A DNA stretch of 64,000 nt from a virus, in the IMG/VR virus record IMGVR_UViG_3300001505_000001; one strand, 5' to 3'. Below the pieces are notes generated by a model, which was not told where the DNA came from, made no database searches, and was given only the letters and a program-made list of their open reading frames with translations. Position 1 is the first letter of the stretch. Every line of letters begins with the position of its first letter. Shown in pieces: positions 36,973 through 47,505 of the stretch. Made by a program: the position numbers and the translations under genes.

Positions 36973-39651
36973 ATGATTTTGAGATTGTTTTTAGATTTCC
37001 CTGTTGAATTAGGGCAAGAGTTTAGATATAAAACAGTAGAAAATTTCAAAAGAATCGTTAATGCTCATGGGCGTTTAGTTGATGATTTAGAATACCATAG
37101 AAAAGAAGAAAAGCACGCACATGATGCTAAACAAATTGATTACACAACAAGTTATTCAAGAAGTGTTAGTGACGCATTAGATAAACAGAACAATAGAATC
37201 AATAATCTAGTAGTCGGTGCAAATGGAGATGCTATGGCAGAGGTTAAAGATAGCCGAGTTGCATTAGACGGAACAATAAGTGAATTACTTTCACAAAGAC
37301 TAGATTATGATTTTGGTAAATTGAATAAAAAAATTGATGATAATTTTAAGTATCTTAACGACAAAATTGAACGTATTGTTAATGTTAACGATTATGGTGC
37401 TGACCCTACAGGTCAAAAAGATTCAACATTAGCATTCCAAAAAGCATTTGGAGAAGGTCATAGACATGTTCATATGACAGAAGGTACTTATATTATATCT
37501 GGTGTTAAAATGCCTAACTATACGATTTTAAGTGGGGAAGGTAAAGGAATAACATATTTAAGGATTGCAGATGATGCGCCAGCTGAAACAATTGGTATAA
37601 CTAACTTAAATATGGATGGAACAGCTGAATATATTGGTGTTGATAATTTCACAATTGACGGAAATAGAACAAGACAAGGGAATACGTTATCTCCAGCTGG
37701 TGGTTCACGTTCAAGCAACATTAGATTTGCTGGTGTTAAGCATGGTTTTGCATATTCTGTAGAATCATTTAGCAGTTTATTACATGGTATTGATGTAACG
37801 TACGCTAGTGATGATTATTTCTATCAAGGAGACGGAATCAGAGTAAAAGAAGCATTAGAAAGTAAATATATTCATATACAAGAATGTGAAACTTATGATT
37901 TCGGAGACGATGGTATTACTACTCATCATAGTAGATACTTAATTCTGCAAAATAACTATTCACACGACCCAGTAAAAGATAGTGGGAACCATAACGGGAT
38001 TGAAGTGGACGATGGTTCACAACATGTGTTTGTAATGGGGAATAAAACAGAAAAATGTTTTGGTGGTTTAGAGATTAAAGCACATGAACCTACAAGCGCA
38101 GCAAGTGATGTTGTTGTAAGTGACCATCTTGATATTAAAAGTATTCGTTCTTATAATATTCGTCATATAGGACATCATAGAGCCGGAGATGTACAATCTA
38201 AAACAGCCTATAATATTATGTTGAATAACTGTACTTCATTATATCCTCAATATAATGGTTCATATGAGAATACAACACCAAGAGCAATGGTTATTTGTGC
38301 TTACAGAAATGTGGTTGTTAATAACTTTACAGCTATTGGCGATGGCAATTTTATGGCAAATATGCCAGTTATCGCTGTCCAATTCAGAGCAGAAAACGTT
38401 ATGCTTAACAATATTAATGTAAGTGGTTTTAAAAATTCATTAGCTGACGTTAAAGTATTTGGTGGAGCAAATAGACCTAAAAAAGTATCATTATCTAATA
38501 TCAATATTGTTAATTCATCTAACAATAGAGGTATTGCAGGCGGTGGAAAAATTTATGATTTAAGAATTATAAATGCTAACTTGCAAGGTAATGGCACAGG
38601 AAATGGCGTTGAATTATATAATAACACAGCTGAAATTGTTGGAGTAAGTGCTGAGAATTATAAAAGACCAGCAATGATCGCGGGTAAAGAATATTTCTAT
38701 ATGCCCACAAGTCTTAAAGGAGGATTCAGTGGGGGGAGCACAGGTGGTGCAGCTATTGCTGAAAGAAGTGCTGTTATTGCCTCTACTGGTGGTTCCTTTG
38801 CTCATAGTAACCGTTCTTTTGTTATAGGTTCTGGTGCTGGTAGTATTGCTAATGGTTCACGTTCTGGTGTTATTAGTTCATTGTCATCTGTTATTGAGCC
38901 AGGCGGACATACTAGAATGATTATTAATAGTAAAAACATGAAAAACAGTGAAAACTATCACATTAAAGCTGGTTATGGAGCTGACGGTCCACCAAGTGAA
39001 TCAAATACTAAACTTGATATTAGTACATTTACTGGTACAATCAAGACAGCAGGACAAGTTCAATCTGGACAAAACTTTGGGGACTATGCCGAGTATTTTG
39101 AATCACAAAGTGGTATGGCAATTCCTACTGGTAATATAGTTACACTTGATGGTAGATTTATAAGAAAAGCACAAGTCAATGATATTCCAATCGGTGTTAT
39201 ATCTGAGACAGCAGGAGTTATTTTAGGGGACCAAATGTTCCACCATAAAGACAAATATCTTAAAAATGAATTTGGCGGAGTTATTACTGAAAATGTCAAA
39301 AAAGAATGGCAAGATGATGCTGGTAATTGGTATTCAGATACAGTAGAAATGCCAGTTAAAAATCCAGATTTTGACGAACGAGACGAAGAAGAATATCTGT
39401 CTCGTGCTGAACGACCAGAATGGAACGTTGTAGGTCTTATAGGTCAAGTATATATTAGAATAGATGGTACTGTCAAAGAAAATGATTATATTAAGCCAGT
39501 AAACGGTGTCGGAACTAAAGATAATATTAATGGTTATTATAGAGTTGAACAAATTACTACCCCATATGATAACGATAAAGGTTATGGTGTGGCAATTGCA
39601 TTTATCCACCCTATTACACCAAGCATAATTAATAAAGGAAGTGTTAAATAA
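36973..39651 (+). CDS. tailspike-like protein with pectate-lyase-type right-handed beta-helix (putative polysaccharide depolymerase)
   Basis: VNDYGADPTGQKDSTLAFQKAF is the Pectate_lyase_3-type signature. Multiple NxxG/beta-helix repeats. 892 aa. Confidence 0.65.
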   Translation: MILRLFLDFPVELGQEFRYKTVENFKRIVNAHGRLVDDLEYHRKEEKHAHDAKQIDYTTSYSRSVSDALDKQNNRINNLVVGANGDAMAEVKDSRVALDGTISELLSQRLDYDFGKLNKKIDDNFKYLNDKIERIVNVNDYGADPTGQKDSTLAFQKAFGEGHRHVHMTEGTYIISGVKMPNYTILSGEGKGITYLRIADDAPAETIGITNLNMDGTAEYIGVDNFTIDGNRTRQGNTLSPAGGSRSSNIRFAGVKHGFAYSVESFSSLLHGIDVTYASDDYFYQGDGIRVKEALESKYIHIQECETYDFGDDGITTHHSRYLILQNNYSHDPVKDSGNHNGIEVDDGSQHVFVMGNKTEKCFGGLEIKAHEPTSAASDVVVSDHLDIKSIRSYNIRHIGHHRAGDVQSKTAYNIMLNNCTSLYPQYNGSYENTTPRAMVICAYRNVVVNNFTAIGDGNFMANMPVIAVQFRAENVMLNNINVSGFKNSLADVKVFGGANRPKKVSLSNINIVNSSNNRGIAGGGKIYDLRIINANLQGNGTGNGVELYNNTAEIVGVSAENYKRPAMIAGKEYFYMPTSLKGGFSGGSTGGAAIAERSAVIASTGGSFAHSNRSFVIGSGAGSIANGSRSGVISSLSSVIEPGGHTRMIINSKNMKNSENYHIKAGYGADGPPSESNTKLDISTFTGTIKTAGQVQSGQNFGDYAEYFESQSGMAIPTGNIVTLDGRFIRKAQVNDIPIGVISETAGVILGDQMFHHKDKYLKNEFGGVITENVKKEWQDDAGNWYSDTVEMPVKNPDFDERDEEEYLSRAERPEWNVVGLIGQVYIRIDGTVKENDYIKPVNGVGTKDNINGYYRVEQITTPYDNDKGYGVAIAFIHPITPSIINKGSVK

Positions 39652-41399
39652 TGGCATCAGAAGAAATTAAAAAGACCGCTGTCATTAACATGTATGATTC
39701 TCCTTACGCTAAGGCTACCCACGATTCTGGGGTAGTCTTTTATAATTTAGATATAGCTACTGCTGTATTGGAGTTTCATATTAAAAAAGACAATTTTCCA
39801 CTACAAATAAGTGATAAGAACGTAGACACTTATGTTTATTTAAAAGGAACTGATAGAAACGGTAATCCTTATGGTAGACAATTAGATGTTGAATATATTG
39901 ACCCATTTAATGGTATTGTATCTTTAACAGTTCCAAATGATTATCTACAAACTGTTAATAATTCAACTGTAACAGGTCAAATGTATATTAGTTTGCATAG
40001 AGATAATAGAGTACCAGAAACAAAATCTGACACAGCAGTATTAAATGAATTTAAATTCAAAGTAAGGGATTCTCTTATTAACAGCATATCTGGTGTAACT
40101 AAGATTGAATATATAAGAATGTTTGATAAGTTAAGAGATGAAATCCAAAAAAGAATTAGTGACATTGAAGAAGCTATAGCAAATGGCGAAGATTATGTTG
40201 CAGAAATGAAAACAGTTTTATCAGACGGAACAAAACTTATAAAAGACACAGCAGATAAAGCAGTAGACACTGTTAATACCACTTCAGACAATGCTATTAA
40301 CACAGTAAACACTACTAAAGATTCAGCAGTTAACACAATAACTAGTGCTCGTGATGAAGTGTTAAACGCTATTAACGATAATGAAGTAGTAAGAAAAACT
40401 GAAATGTCTGGGTACTTTGATGAACAAGATTGGCAAAAATATAAATTAACTAACGATGATGGTACTAGTTTTTATGATAGTGATATGCGTATAGACTTTG
40501 ATAACAACGAACAATTAGACAGTTTACATTGTGATACTAGATATGTTATTAATTCAAAAGGGTTACCTAGTAATATACCCTCAAATTCTGGCTGGCTAAC
40601 TAAATATTCTAGACAGGACGGAAACTCTACACTATTAATATTTAAACCTTATAATTCATCATATCTATATACTAAAGAGAAGTTTTATAATACTTGGGGA
40701 GATTGGAAAATATTAAACCCAAACTATGAAAAAGATTTAAACTGGCAAAAATATAAGTTTACTGAAGATGATGGAACAATAAAGTATATATCAAAAGGGT
40801 CTATAACAGATGTAAAAACTTTACCGCCAGGTTTTTACGAAACTGTATCTAACGATGATGCATCAAGTCAAGATATACCTTTAGATAACAGTTATGTACA
40901 AATAAAAGTATGGGAAGCTAACGAAGGACGAAAAGAGATAGAGCTTACTTCTACTTATAATAACAAAAAATACTTTAGACTGCTCCATACAAACGGCGAT
41001 AGAGATTCGGGCTGGATAGAAGTAGGTCCTACACAAGAAGACACAGGTTGGATTCCATTCCAACTATTAAACGGCGCTCAATCAAATACTGAATATAGCG
41101 ATAGTTTAGGGAATGGTTTTAAATGTTCTTATAGAACTGTTGTTAACGGTAGTCTTGTTACGAACTATTTAAGAATAAATGGTAGAAATATACAAACTGA
41201 TACTGTTATTGCAAAAATACCAGAAAAAATGGTAAAACATGCTCAAACATTTATACCTAGAACGCCTACAAATAGACCTATGGGATATATTATATTATAT
41301 ACTAATGGAGAAGTTAAGTTTTTTGTAAACGGTGGTACTGGAACAGCTTCTTGGGACAGTAGTGCATATATGTATGGAGAGTTTAGTTGGACTAATTAA
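39651..41399 (+). CDS. tail fibre / receptor-binding protein (582 aa)
   Basis: Overlapping start taATGg. Position after the tailspike. Repeated TVNTT motifs. Confidence 0.5.
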   Translation: MASEEIKKTAVINMYDSPYAKATHDSGVVFYNLDIATAVLEFHIKKDNFPLQISDKNVDTYVYLKGTDRNGNPYGRQLDVEYIDPFNGIVSLTVPNDYLQTVNNSTVTGQMYISLHRDNRVPETKSDTAVLNEFKFKVRDSLINSISGVTKIEYIRMFDKLRDEIQKRISDIEEAIANGEDYVAEMKTVLSDGTKLIKDTADKAVDTVNTTSDNAINTVNTTKDSAVNTITSARDEVLNAINDNEVVRKTEMSGYFDEQDWQKYKLTNDDGTSFYDSDMRIDFDNNEQLDSLHCDTRYVINSKGLPSNIPSNSGWLTKYSRQDGNSTLLIFKPYNSSYLYTKEKFYNTWGDWKILNPNYEKDLNWQKYKFTEDDGTIKYISKGSITDVKTLPPGFYETVSNDDASSQDIPLDNSYVQIKVWEANEGRKEIELTSTYNNKKYFRLLHTNGDRDSGWIEVGPTQEDTGWIPFQLLNGAQSNTEYSDSLGNGFKCSYRTVVNGSLVTNYLRINGRNIQTDTVIAKIPEKMVKHAQTFIPRTPTNRPMGYIILYTNGEVKFFVNGGTGTASWDSSAYMYGEFSWTN

Positions 41400-41412
41400 G
41401 GAGGGTTATATA

Positions 41413-41841
41413 ATGGATTTTAAACAAGTTTTTTTATATGATGGAACACCATATTTAGCATTTCGTGGCTCCGATGGGGAATATGATTATCCTAATGACG
41501 AGTGGACAGAAACTCCACCACCAGAAGGATTATATGAGCCTATATATTTTAATGGGAATGAGTGGAAAGGTGCAAGTAAAGAAGAATGGGAAAAGTCTAT
41601 ACAAAAGAAGAAGGAAGAAGAGTTATCTAAACTTCCACCGTATGAACCAACACCTATAGAACGTTTAGCTGCAACGTCACAGTTACAAACTGCTAAAACA
41701 GCAAGAAGACTACAGACATTAGAACAGACACAAGCAAAAAGTTTAGTCAACGATGCCGAAAAAGACAGAAAGATAAAAGTTTTAGAAGAGCAAGTGGCTA
41801 AATTGATGCTTGAATTAACTAAAAAAGGAAGTGTTGAATAA
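41413..41841 (+). CDS. hypothetical tail-fibre-associated protein (142 aa)
   Basis: SD aaggaggg plus ATG at 41413 (the track ORF starts earlier at an internal Met of the overlapping frame). Confidence 0.5.
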   Translation: MDFKQVFLYDGTPYLAFRGSDGEYDYPNDEWTETPPPEGLYEPIYFNGNEWKGASKEEWEKSIQKKKEEELSKLPPYEPTPIERLAATSQLQTAKTARRLQTLEQTQAKSLVNDAEKDRKIKVLEEQVAKLMLELTKKGSVE

Positions 41842-41993
41842 TGTATCCAGGTTTTGACGCTATTAAATATTTTTATGATATTAATTGCTATACTAATGAA
41901 GATATTCAAACATATGTAGAATTAGGTTGTATTAATAAAGAAGAATATAAAAAAATCACTAAAGAAGACTATCCAGAAGACACTGAATTATAG
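41841..41993 (+). CDS. XkdX-like small protein (50 aa)
   Basis: MYPGFDAIKYFYDINCYTNEDIQTYVELGCINKEEYKKITKEDY matches the XkdX family pattern (...FYD.GLYT.DDV..FV.KG.IT.EEY..ITG). Confidence 0.5.
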   Translation: MYPGFDAIKYFYDINCYTNEDIQTYVELGCINKEEYKKITKEDYPEDTEL

Positions 41994-42004
41994 TAGGTGT
42001 TATT

Positions 42005-42208
42005 ATGATAATTAAATTAAAAGATAATAAAAATTTATCTGATTTAGACGCTACTATTTATATAATTATAAATGGTGGCGTTTTTAAATATAGAACTTTT
42101 GTTCATAATGATAATGTGATTTTTATTGAAAAATATTTCGACAATATATATAAATTATATATAGATACGAAAGAATTTAACGTAGAAAATATAGAAATAG
42201 GAGAGTAA
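42005..42208 (+). CDS. hypothetical protein (67 aa)
   Basis: ORF in the tail-fibre/lysis region. Confidence 0.4.
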   Translation: MIIKLKDNKNLSDLDATIYIIINGGVFKYRTFVHNDNVIFIEKYFDNIYKLYIDTKEFNVENIEIGE

Positions 42209-42212
42209 TATA

Positions 42213-42788
42213 ATGGAAAAGAAACTAAGACTTTTTTCTAAAGACGGTAAAGTATTAAAAACATCAAATGCTATTGAAGATAAGACAGGACAAATAGTAA
42301 TTGATGAATTAACTCCTAATACACAATATAACGATGGAGACTTTAAAGTTGCTTGGGTTATAGATGGTAAAGAAACAGGTAAAACAGATGTTCCATCATT
42401 TAAAACTTTAGATAATCCAGAAAGAATTGTTGTTGTTACGTTCAACGGATTAGACGAACTAGACATAGAAGCACTAAAAGGACAAGACGGTACTGATGGA
42501 GAAGATGGGAAATCTATCACAGTTACTAGTTCTGATTTAGATGAGCAGGGGAACACGGTAATCACTTTTAGTGACAATACTAAAGTAACAGTTAACAAAG
42601 GTAAAGATGGTCAAGACGGAAAATCATTTAATGTTTCAGATTTAACAGAAGATGATTATAAAAAAATACTTGATTATGGTGTAGCAAATGGTTATTTTAA
42701 AGAACAAGTAAATGCTGAAAATATTGTTATGAGTGAAACCGAACCAGAAGACAAATCAAAAATTTGGATAGATACTAGTAATCAATAA
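42213..42788 (+). CDS. collagen-like-repeat protein (G-x-x tracts GQDGTDGEDGKS, GKDGQDGKS), putative fibre component
   Basis: Short collagen-like triplets. SD aggagag. Confidence 0.5.
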   Translation: MEKKLRLFSKDGKVLKTSNAIEDKTGQIVIDELTPNTQYNDGDFKVAWVIDGKETGKTDVPSFKTLDNPERIVVVTFNGLDELDIEALKGQDGTDGEDGKSITVTSSDLDEQGNTVITFSDNTKVTVNKGKDGQDGKSFNVSDLTEDDYKKILDYGVANGYFKEQVNAENIVMSETEPEDKSKIWIDTSNQ

Positions 42789-42812
42789 AAGATAAAAGGA
42801 GTATAAAAAATA

Positions 42813-43250
42813 ATGAAGAATGGAATATTTTCTGATTCAGAAAAACTATCTACTATTCTTCTTATCATTCTTGGTTTAATACCGGCTTCAAGAGGTGTTT
42901 ATTGGATAACAAACAGTCAAGTGGCTATTGATGATTCTCCTTTATATGAAAAATTAGATAGTATAGCTCCTTTATTTGTGTGGGGGCTACCTATTTTAAT
43001 AGGAGGATTATTCTTAATAGTAGCGAGTATATTTATAGTATCGCCCAAAACAAGAACTCATTATTATATATTTCTTATAATTGGAGGATTGTTATGTGGT
43101 CTAGGTTCTATTGTAATAGCTGCTGCGTCAGTTGAGAACAACTTAAATTGGCTGACGCCAGTTCATAACACGTGTTTATCTATAGGCTTTTTTGCAATAA
43201 CTTGGATAGGGATTAGTTCTCTGTGGAACCAGAAAAAAGAAAAGACTTAG
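42813..43250 (+). CDS. membrane protein (4 predicted TM), holin-like candidate
   Basis: Four hydrophobic helices. Lies in the lysis cassette. Confidence 0.45.
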   Translation: MKNGIFSDSEKLSTILLIILGLIPASRGVYWITNSQVAIDDSPLYEKLDSIAPLFVWGLPILIGGLFLIVASIFIVSPKTRTHYYIFLIIGGLLCGLGSIVIAAASVENNLNWLTPVHNTCLSIGFFAITWIGISSLWNQKKEKT

Positions 43251-43678
43251 ACTATTCTTATTACGTTCCTAGACATGAATTTGAGATTGAAAAAAATGAA
43301 ATTTATAAGGATTTAAACAAAAAAGCCGAAACACTTAGAGATAAAATTGAAGAAGTTGATGATAAGCATTTACAAAACTTTCATCAAATACAAAGAAATT
43401 TAGACCAATATGTAAGAAGTACAGATAGCTTAAATGAAAGTGTTAGAGAACTTAATCAAAGTTTTAATACAATGTCTAAAACGATAAATGAAAATATCGG
43501 AGACATTAAAGATGTTAAAACTAGAGTAGAAAAAACAGAATCAACTATAACTGAAAAAGAATTATTAAAAGAACAAAGAAGAATAGAAATAATAAAATCA
43601 TTCTTTGCTCTCATTACTACTCTATTAGGTGCTGGTGGATTAATTTCATGGCTAGGTCCTTTAATATTTGGAAAATAA
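43223..43678 (+). CDS. coiled-coil protein with C-terminal TM anchor (start uncertain)
   Basis: Overlaps the previous ORF by 28 nt. Internal Met candidates. C-terminal ALITTLLGAGGLISWLGPLIF. Confidence 0.35.
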   Translation: MEPEKRKDLDYSYYVPRHEFEIEKNEIYKDLNKKAETLRDKIEEVDDKHLQNFHQIQRNLDQYVRSTDSLNESVRELNQSFNTMSKTINENIGDIKDVKTRVEKTESTITEKELLKEQRRIEIIKSFFALITTLLGAGGLISWLGPLIFGK

Positions 43679-43699
43679 TTATAGAAAGGAATTAATAAA

Positions 43700-44179
43700 A
43701 TGTCAAAAATTAATTGGAAAGTAAGAGCTAAAAAGAAATCATTTTGGGTTGCTATTGTATCAGCAGTCGCTCTTTTCATTAACAATATTACTGGTGCGTT
43801 TGGGTTAGATTATTCAGCGCAAGTTCAAACTGGTGTTGATATTGTTAGTACAATTTTAACATTGTTAGCAGGTCTTGGTATTGTTACTGATATGACTACT
43901 AAAGGAATTGGAGATAGTGAGATTGCGCAAACTTATTCTAAACCACGTAACTCCAAAGACCCAGAGCAATATGTTGATTGGATGAAAAATAACGCAACAG
44001 ATATTACACCAGAAAGACAAGAAAAAGAAGCAGAGGAATATGATACTAGCAAACCTTTTACTGATGATAGCGATGAAGTAGAATTTGACGTATCTGATTA
44101 TGAACATGAAGATATTGGTATTCATGGTAAAAGTGGAATGCACGATGAAAAAATAAACGAAAAAGAAGTAGATAAGTAG
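43700..44179 (+). CDS. holin (SPP1/phage_holin_4_1-like)
   Basis: MSKINWKVRAKKKSFWVAIVSAVALF... matches the INWKVRLKNK-FW-A start of SPP1-type holins. Two TM segments. Acidic C-terminal tail. Confidence 0.65.
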   Translation: MSKINWKVRAKKKSFWVAIVSAVALFINNITGAFGLDYSAQVQTGVDIVSTILTLLAGLGIVTDMTTKGIGDSEIAQTYSKPRNSKDPEQYVDWMKNNATDITPERQEKEAEEYDTSKPFTDDSDEVEFDVSDYEHEDIGIHGKSGMHDEKINEKEVDK

Positions 44180-44188
44180 AGTTACAGA

Positions 44189-44222
44189 GCAGACTAGTTT
44201 TATACTAGTCTGTCTTATTTAT
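44189..44222 (+). terminator. hairpin cagactagttttatactagtctg plus T-rich run
   Basis: 9-bp stem after the holin stop. Confidence 0.4.
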
Positions 44223-44242
44223 TATAAAAAAGGAGACAGATT

Positions 44243-44767
44243 ATGGCTATTATTAAAACATTTGACAAAGAAAAACAACAATGGTTAGAAGTTTTTGCTA
44301 GACCAGTTGCTGAAGAAGTAGTTAAGATAATGAAAGATGATTGGTTATCTAATAAGAAAACAATTGACTATTGGTTATTACAATATACAGAGGGGGTAGC
44401 CGAGCCTATACAAGTTGCTATATTTACTGATGGCAATGAAGTTGATGATACGCTAAAAAGTAATTTAGAATGGGCTTTTAACGATTATATATCTGGCTTG
44501 GAAAATAAGAAATTATTTAACTTACAAGATTTTATAAATGATTGTCATAGCAGAAAAATAGATTTGCCTAAACAATTTAAAGTTAATGCCACAGTTCAAT
44601 TTGACAGTTTAGACTATCCTATTCATTTGCAAGAAATAGACAATATGACTACTAATGTTGATGTAATAGGTATGTTAGATGAATCTTCTAAAGGTTCAAT
44701 TGAAGTGAAATATATTTACAATGACCACCCTATAGAAGATAAAAAATTAGTAAAAGAAAATAAATAG
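44243..44767 (+). CDS. hypothetical protein (174 aa) between holin and endolysin
   Basis: SD aaaggag. Confidence 0.5.
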   Translation: MAIIKTFDKEKQQWLEVFARPVAEEVVKIMKDDWLSNKKTIDYWLLQYTEGVAEPIQVAIFTDGNEVDDTLKSNLEWAFNDYISGLENKKLFNLQDFINDCHSRKIDLPKQFKVNATVQFDSLDYPIHLQEIDNMTTNVDVIGMLDESSKGSIEVKYIYNDHPIEDKKLVKENK

Positions 44768-44779
44768 GAGGGGTAATAT

Positions 44780-44867
44780 ATGGTGGCAACTTTAACGCAT
44801 AAAGAAGCCGTAGAATATGTTAAATCATTAGAAGGAAAATATGTTGACTTTGATGGTTGGTATGGGT
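44780..44867 (+). CDS. endolysin exon 1 (CHAP domain N-terminus, MVATLTHKEAVEYVKSLEGKYVDFDGWYG)
   Basis: Aligns to phi11-type endolysin [29 protein letters not shown]. Exon ends at a U with P1 AUGGGU/GCCCAU (intron 44877-44882). Confidence 0.65.
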
Positions 44868-45184
44868 TAATTGGTAGCCCATGTAAAACTTTTTGAATTG
44901 CTGGAAACCCCTAACGTAAAGACGAGGGCAATCAGCAGCGAAGCTCACATGGTAACAGTGTGTGAACGTTCAACGACTATGTACTATCAATTGATAGGCA
45001 GCGGAAAGCGTTTGACAAATATATACTCCTGTGATATAATGTTTTAATATGAAAATTTTGTCAAATAATGATATAGTCTGGTCTCATATGAAAATATGAG
45101 GCTTTCTTTATGAAAGCTATTAAATGTTATACAATATTATATAGAAATATATAATAGGAAAGGCATTTAATAAAACAAAAAACG
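44868..45184 (+). mobile_element. group I intron 1 in the endolysin gene (no ORF)
   Basis: Stop 9 codons into the intron. P1 helix with U.G. P7-like gttcaacgacta motif at 44967-44978. Terminal G at 45184. Exons rejoin as WYG-YQCFDLANKYW (phi11: WYGFQCFDYANAGW). Confidence 0.6.
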
Positions 45185-45696
45185 ACCAATGTTTTGATTT
45201 AGCTAACAAATATTGGAATAAATTATTTGGTGGACAATTAAAAGGTCAAGGCGCAGCTGATATTCCTAATGTTAATGATTTTAGTGGAAAAGCTACTGTT
45301 TATCAAAATACAACAAGTTTCTTAGCAAAACCAGGCGACATTGTTGTATGGGGTAGAAACTTTGGTCAAGGATATGGTCATGTAGCAGTTGTTGTTGAAG
45401 CAACATTGGATTACATTGTTGTAATTGAGAATAACTGGTTAGGTGGTGGATGGACTAGTGGACCGGCACAAGGTGGTACTGGTTGGGAAAAAGCAACTAG
45501 ACGCCGTCACAATTACGAGTTTCCTATGTGGTTCATCAGACCAAAATACAAAGACGAGAAAAAAACTACTAATTATTCTGCTAAAACTAAAACGAAAAAA
45601 CCAGCTGCTAAAAAGAAAAAAGCTAAAGAAATAAAACACATTAAAGATACAGTTAACGGTTATAAATTACCAAAACGTAACGGTAAATTAAAAGGT
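45185..45696 (+). CDS. endolysin exon 2 (CHAP peptidase domain)
   Basis: QCFDLA ... GYGHVAVVVEATLDYIVVIENNWLGGGW ... close match to phi11 endolysin CHAP. Frame continues from exon 1 (88+512 = 600 nt). Confidence 0.65.
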
Positions 45697-46662
45697 GTCG
45701 TGTAAAATGCCTATAAATTAATTGACTTTTTTATTTCTTTATGATATAATGACTATATATTTATATATATAGGAGGATATTATATGAAAGAAATTTGGAA
45801 AGATGTTCCTAATTATGAAGGAAAATATCAAGTGTCTAATAAAGGAAGAGTTAAATCAATTAAAAGAACAGTAAAACATAACGGGAGTAAAACTAGGACA
45901 TTTCCAGAGAAGATTTTAAAACCAAACAAAGTGTCTTTTGATTATTTACAGGTCACATTATATAATAATGGTAAAAGAAAATGTAGATATATACACAATT
46001 TAGTTATGGAATCTTTTATTGGTAAGAAGCCAAACGGTTATGAAGTTAACCATATAGACGAAGATAAATCTAATAATCAATTAGAAAATTTAGAATATAT
46101 AACAAGAAAAGAAAACAATAATTATGGAACTCGAATAGAACGGATGATTAAATCAAACGTTAATGGTAAAAAGAGTAAAAAAGTCAAAGGGACCCATTTA
46201 AAAACAGGAGAAATAGTTATTTTTCCATCAATATCCGAAGCGCAAAGACAAGGATATGGACCAAAAATATCAGAAGTTTGCAATGGAAATAGAAATCATT
46301 CCGGTGGTTATAAATGGGAATTTATAAAATAGCACTGCATAGAAAGGAAACTACTATGTACTAAAAACATAAATTGCTTAGAAGAACCTTAGAGCCTTAA
46401 TGCCACAATATAGCTGAAAAGACTGTATGAAGGATTAAAAAGTTTAAGGATTGGTTTGTTTAGCATCGCTACTCCTAAGTCTTTTAGATATGGAGAACGT
46501 TCAACGACTAGACGATTGGCTCGTCGTAGGGTTTAAGTAAACTCGAAAGAAGAACTACCTAAGTATTTTATATATGGTAGAAAGATATAGTCTGGACACG
46601 CCTTTAATAGGGGTGCTAGGAATCGACCTAGAATTAGATTAACGACCTAATGAAACGTTTCG
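45697..46662 (+). mobile_element. group I intron 2 in the endolysin gene carrying an HNH homing endonuclease
   Basis: Stop 3 codons into the intron. Second copy of the P7-like gttcaacgacta motif (46508-46519). Terminal G at 46662. Exons rejoin as [12 protein letters not shown] (phi11 [12 protein letters not shown]). Boundaries within a few nt. Confidence 0.55.
45784..46332 (+). CDS. HNH homing endonuclease (intron-encoded; NUMOD4/HNH_3 type)
   Basis: WKDVPNYEGKYQVSNKGRV (NUMOD4) ... NHIDEDKSNNQLENLEYITRKENN (HNH). Strong SD aggagg. Confidence 0.8.
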   Translation: MKEIWKDVPNYEGKYQVSNKGRVKSIKRTVKHNGSKTRTFPEKILKPNKVSFDYLQVTLYNNGKRKCRYIHNLVMESFIGKKPNGYEVNHIDEDKSNNQLENLEYITRKENNNYGTRIERMIKSNVNGKKSKKVKGTHLKTGEIVIFPSISEAQRQGYGPKISEVCNGNRNHSGGYKWEFIK

Positions 46663-47505
46663 ATACACAATGATGCCGGAAGTAAATATGCTACAGCAGA
46701 AGCTTATCGTAATGGATTAGTTAATGCTCCATTATCAAGACTTGAAGCCGGTATTGCGCATGCTTACGGCTCCGGTAATACAATTTGGCAAGCATTAGAT
46801 AAATTACAAGTAGGCTGGCACACAGCAAATCCTGTTGGTAACAACGGTTATTATGGTTATGAAGTTTGTCAATCTATGGGTGCAGATGACAAAACATTCT
46901 TAGCAAATGAACAACTAGTATTCCAAGATGCTGCTAGACTTTTAAAAGAAGAAGGACTACCAGCAAACAGAAATACTGTTCGTCTACATTGTGAATTTGT
47001 TCGTACTTCATGTCCACATAGAAGTGCTAAACTACACACAGGATTTGACCCTGTTACTCAAGGTTTATTACCTAAAGACAAACAGTTACAATTAAAAGAT
47101 TATTTCATTAAACAAATCAGACAATATATGGATGGTAAAATACCTACTGCAACAGTTGTTAAAAGTACAAGTGCTTCTAGTAACACTGTTAAACCAGTAG
47201 CATCTGGTTGGAAACGTAATAATTACGGCACTTATTATAAATCAGAAAATGCAACTTATAGCAATGGTAACACACCAATTATCACACGTACAGTAGGACC
47301 ATTTAGAAGCTGTCCTCAAGCAGGATTGTTACCAGCTGGAGCAACTATTGTATATGATACAGTTTGTTTACAAGACTATCATGTTTGGGTAAGTTATGTA
47401 ACTAACAAAGGTTACAGAGTATGGCTACCTATTAGAACATGGAATGGTGTAGCTCCTGGAAACGCAGGATATGCTGTAGGACCATTATGGGGATATATCA
47501 GCTAA
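46663..47505 (+). CDS. endolysin exon 3 (amidase_2 domain plus SH3b cell-wall binding domain)
   Basis: [33 protein letters not shown] ... GWHTAN ... CPHRS ... [10 protein letters not shown], near-identical architecture to phi11 endolysin. Total spliced length 480 aa. Confidence 0.7.
   Translation: MHNDAGSKYATAEAYRNGLVNAPLSRLEAGIAHAYGSGNTIWQALDKLQVGWHTANPVGNNGYYGYEVCQSMGADDKTFLANEQLVFQDAARLLKEEGLPANRNTVRLHCEFVRTSCPHRSAKLHTGFDPVTQGLLPKDKQLQLKDYFIKQIRQYMDGKIPTATVVKSTSASSNTVKPVASGWKRNNYGTYYKSENATYSNGNTPIITRTVGPFRSCPQAGLLPAGATIVYDTVCLQDYHVWVSYVTNKGYRVWLPIRTWNGVAPGNAGYAVGPLWGYIS

Noticed and set aside
43865-44143. 92-aa minus-strand ORF opposite the holin gene
   Set aside because: It is antisense within a well-supported holin ORF and has a hydrophobic low-complexity translation.
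45439-45639. Overlapping small ORFs on both strands inside endolysin exon 2
   Set aside because: They are alternative frames of a lysine-rich linker (KKKKAKE) and are not independent genes.
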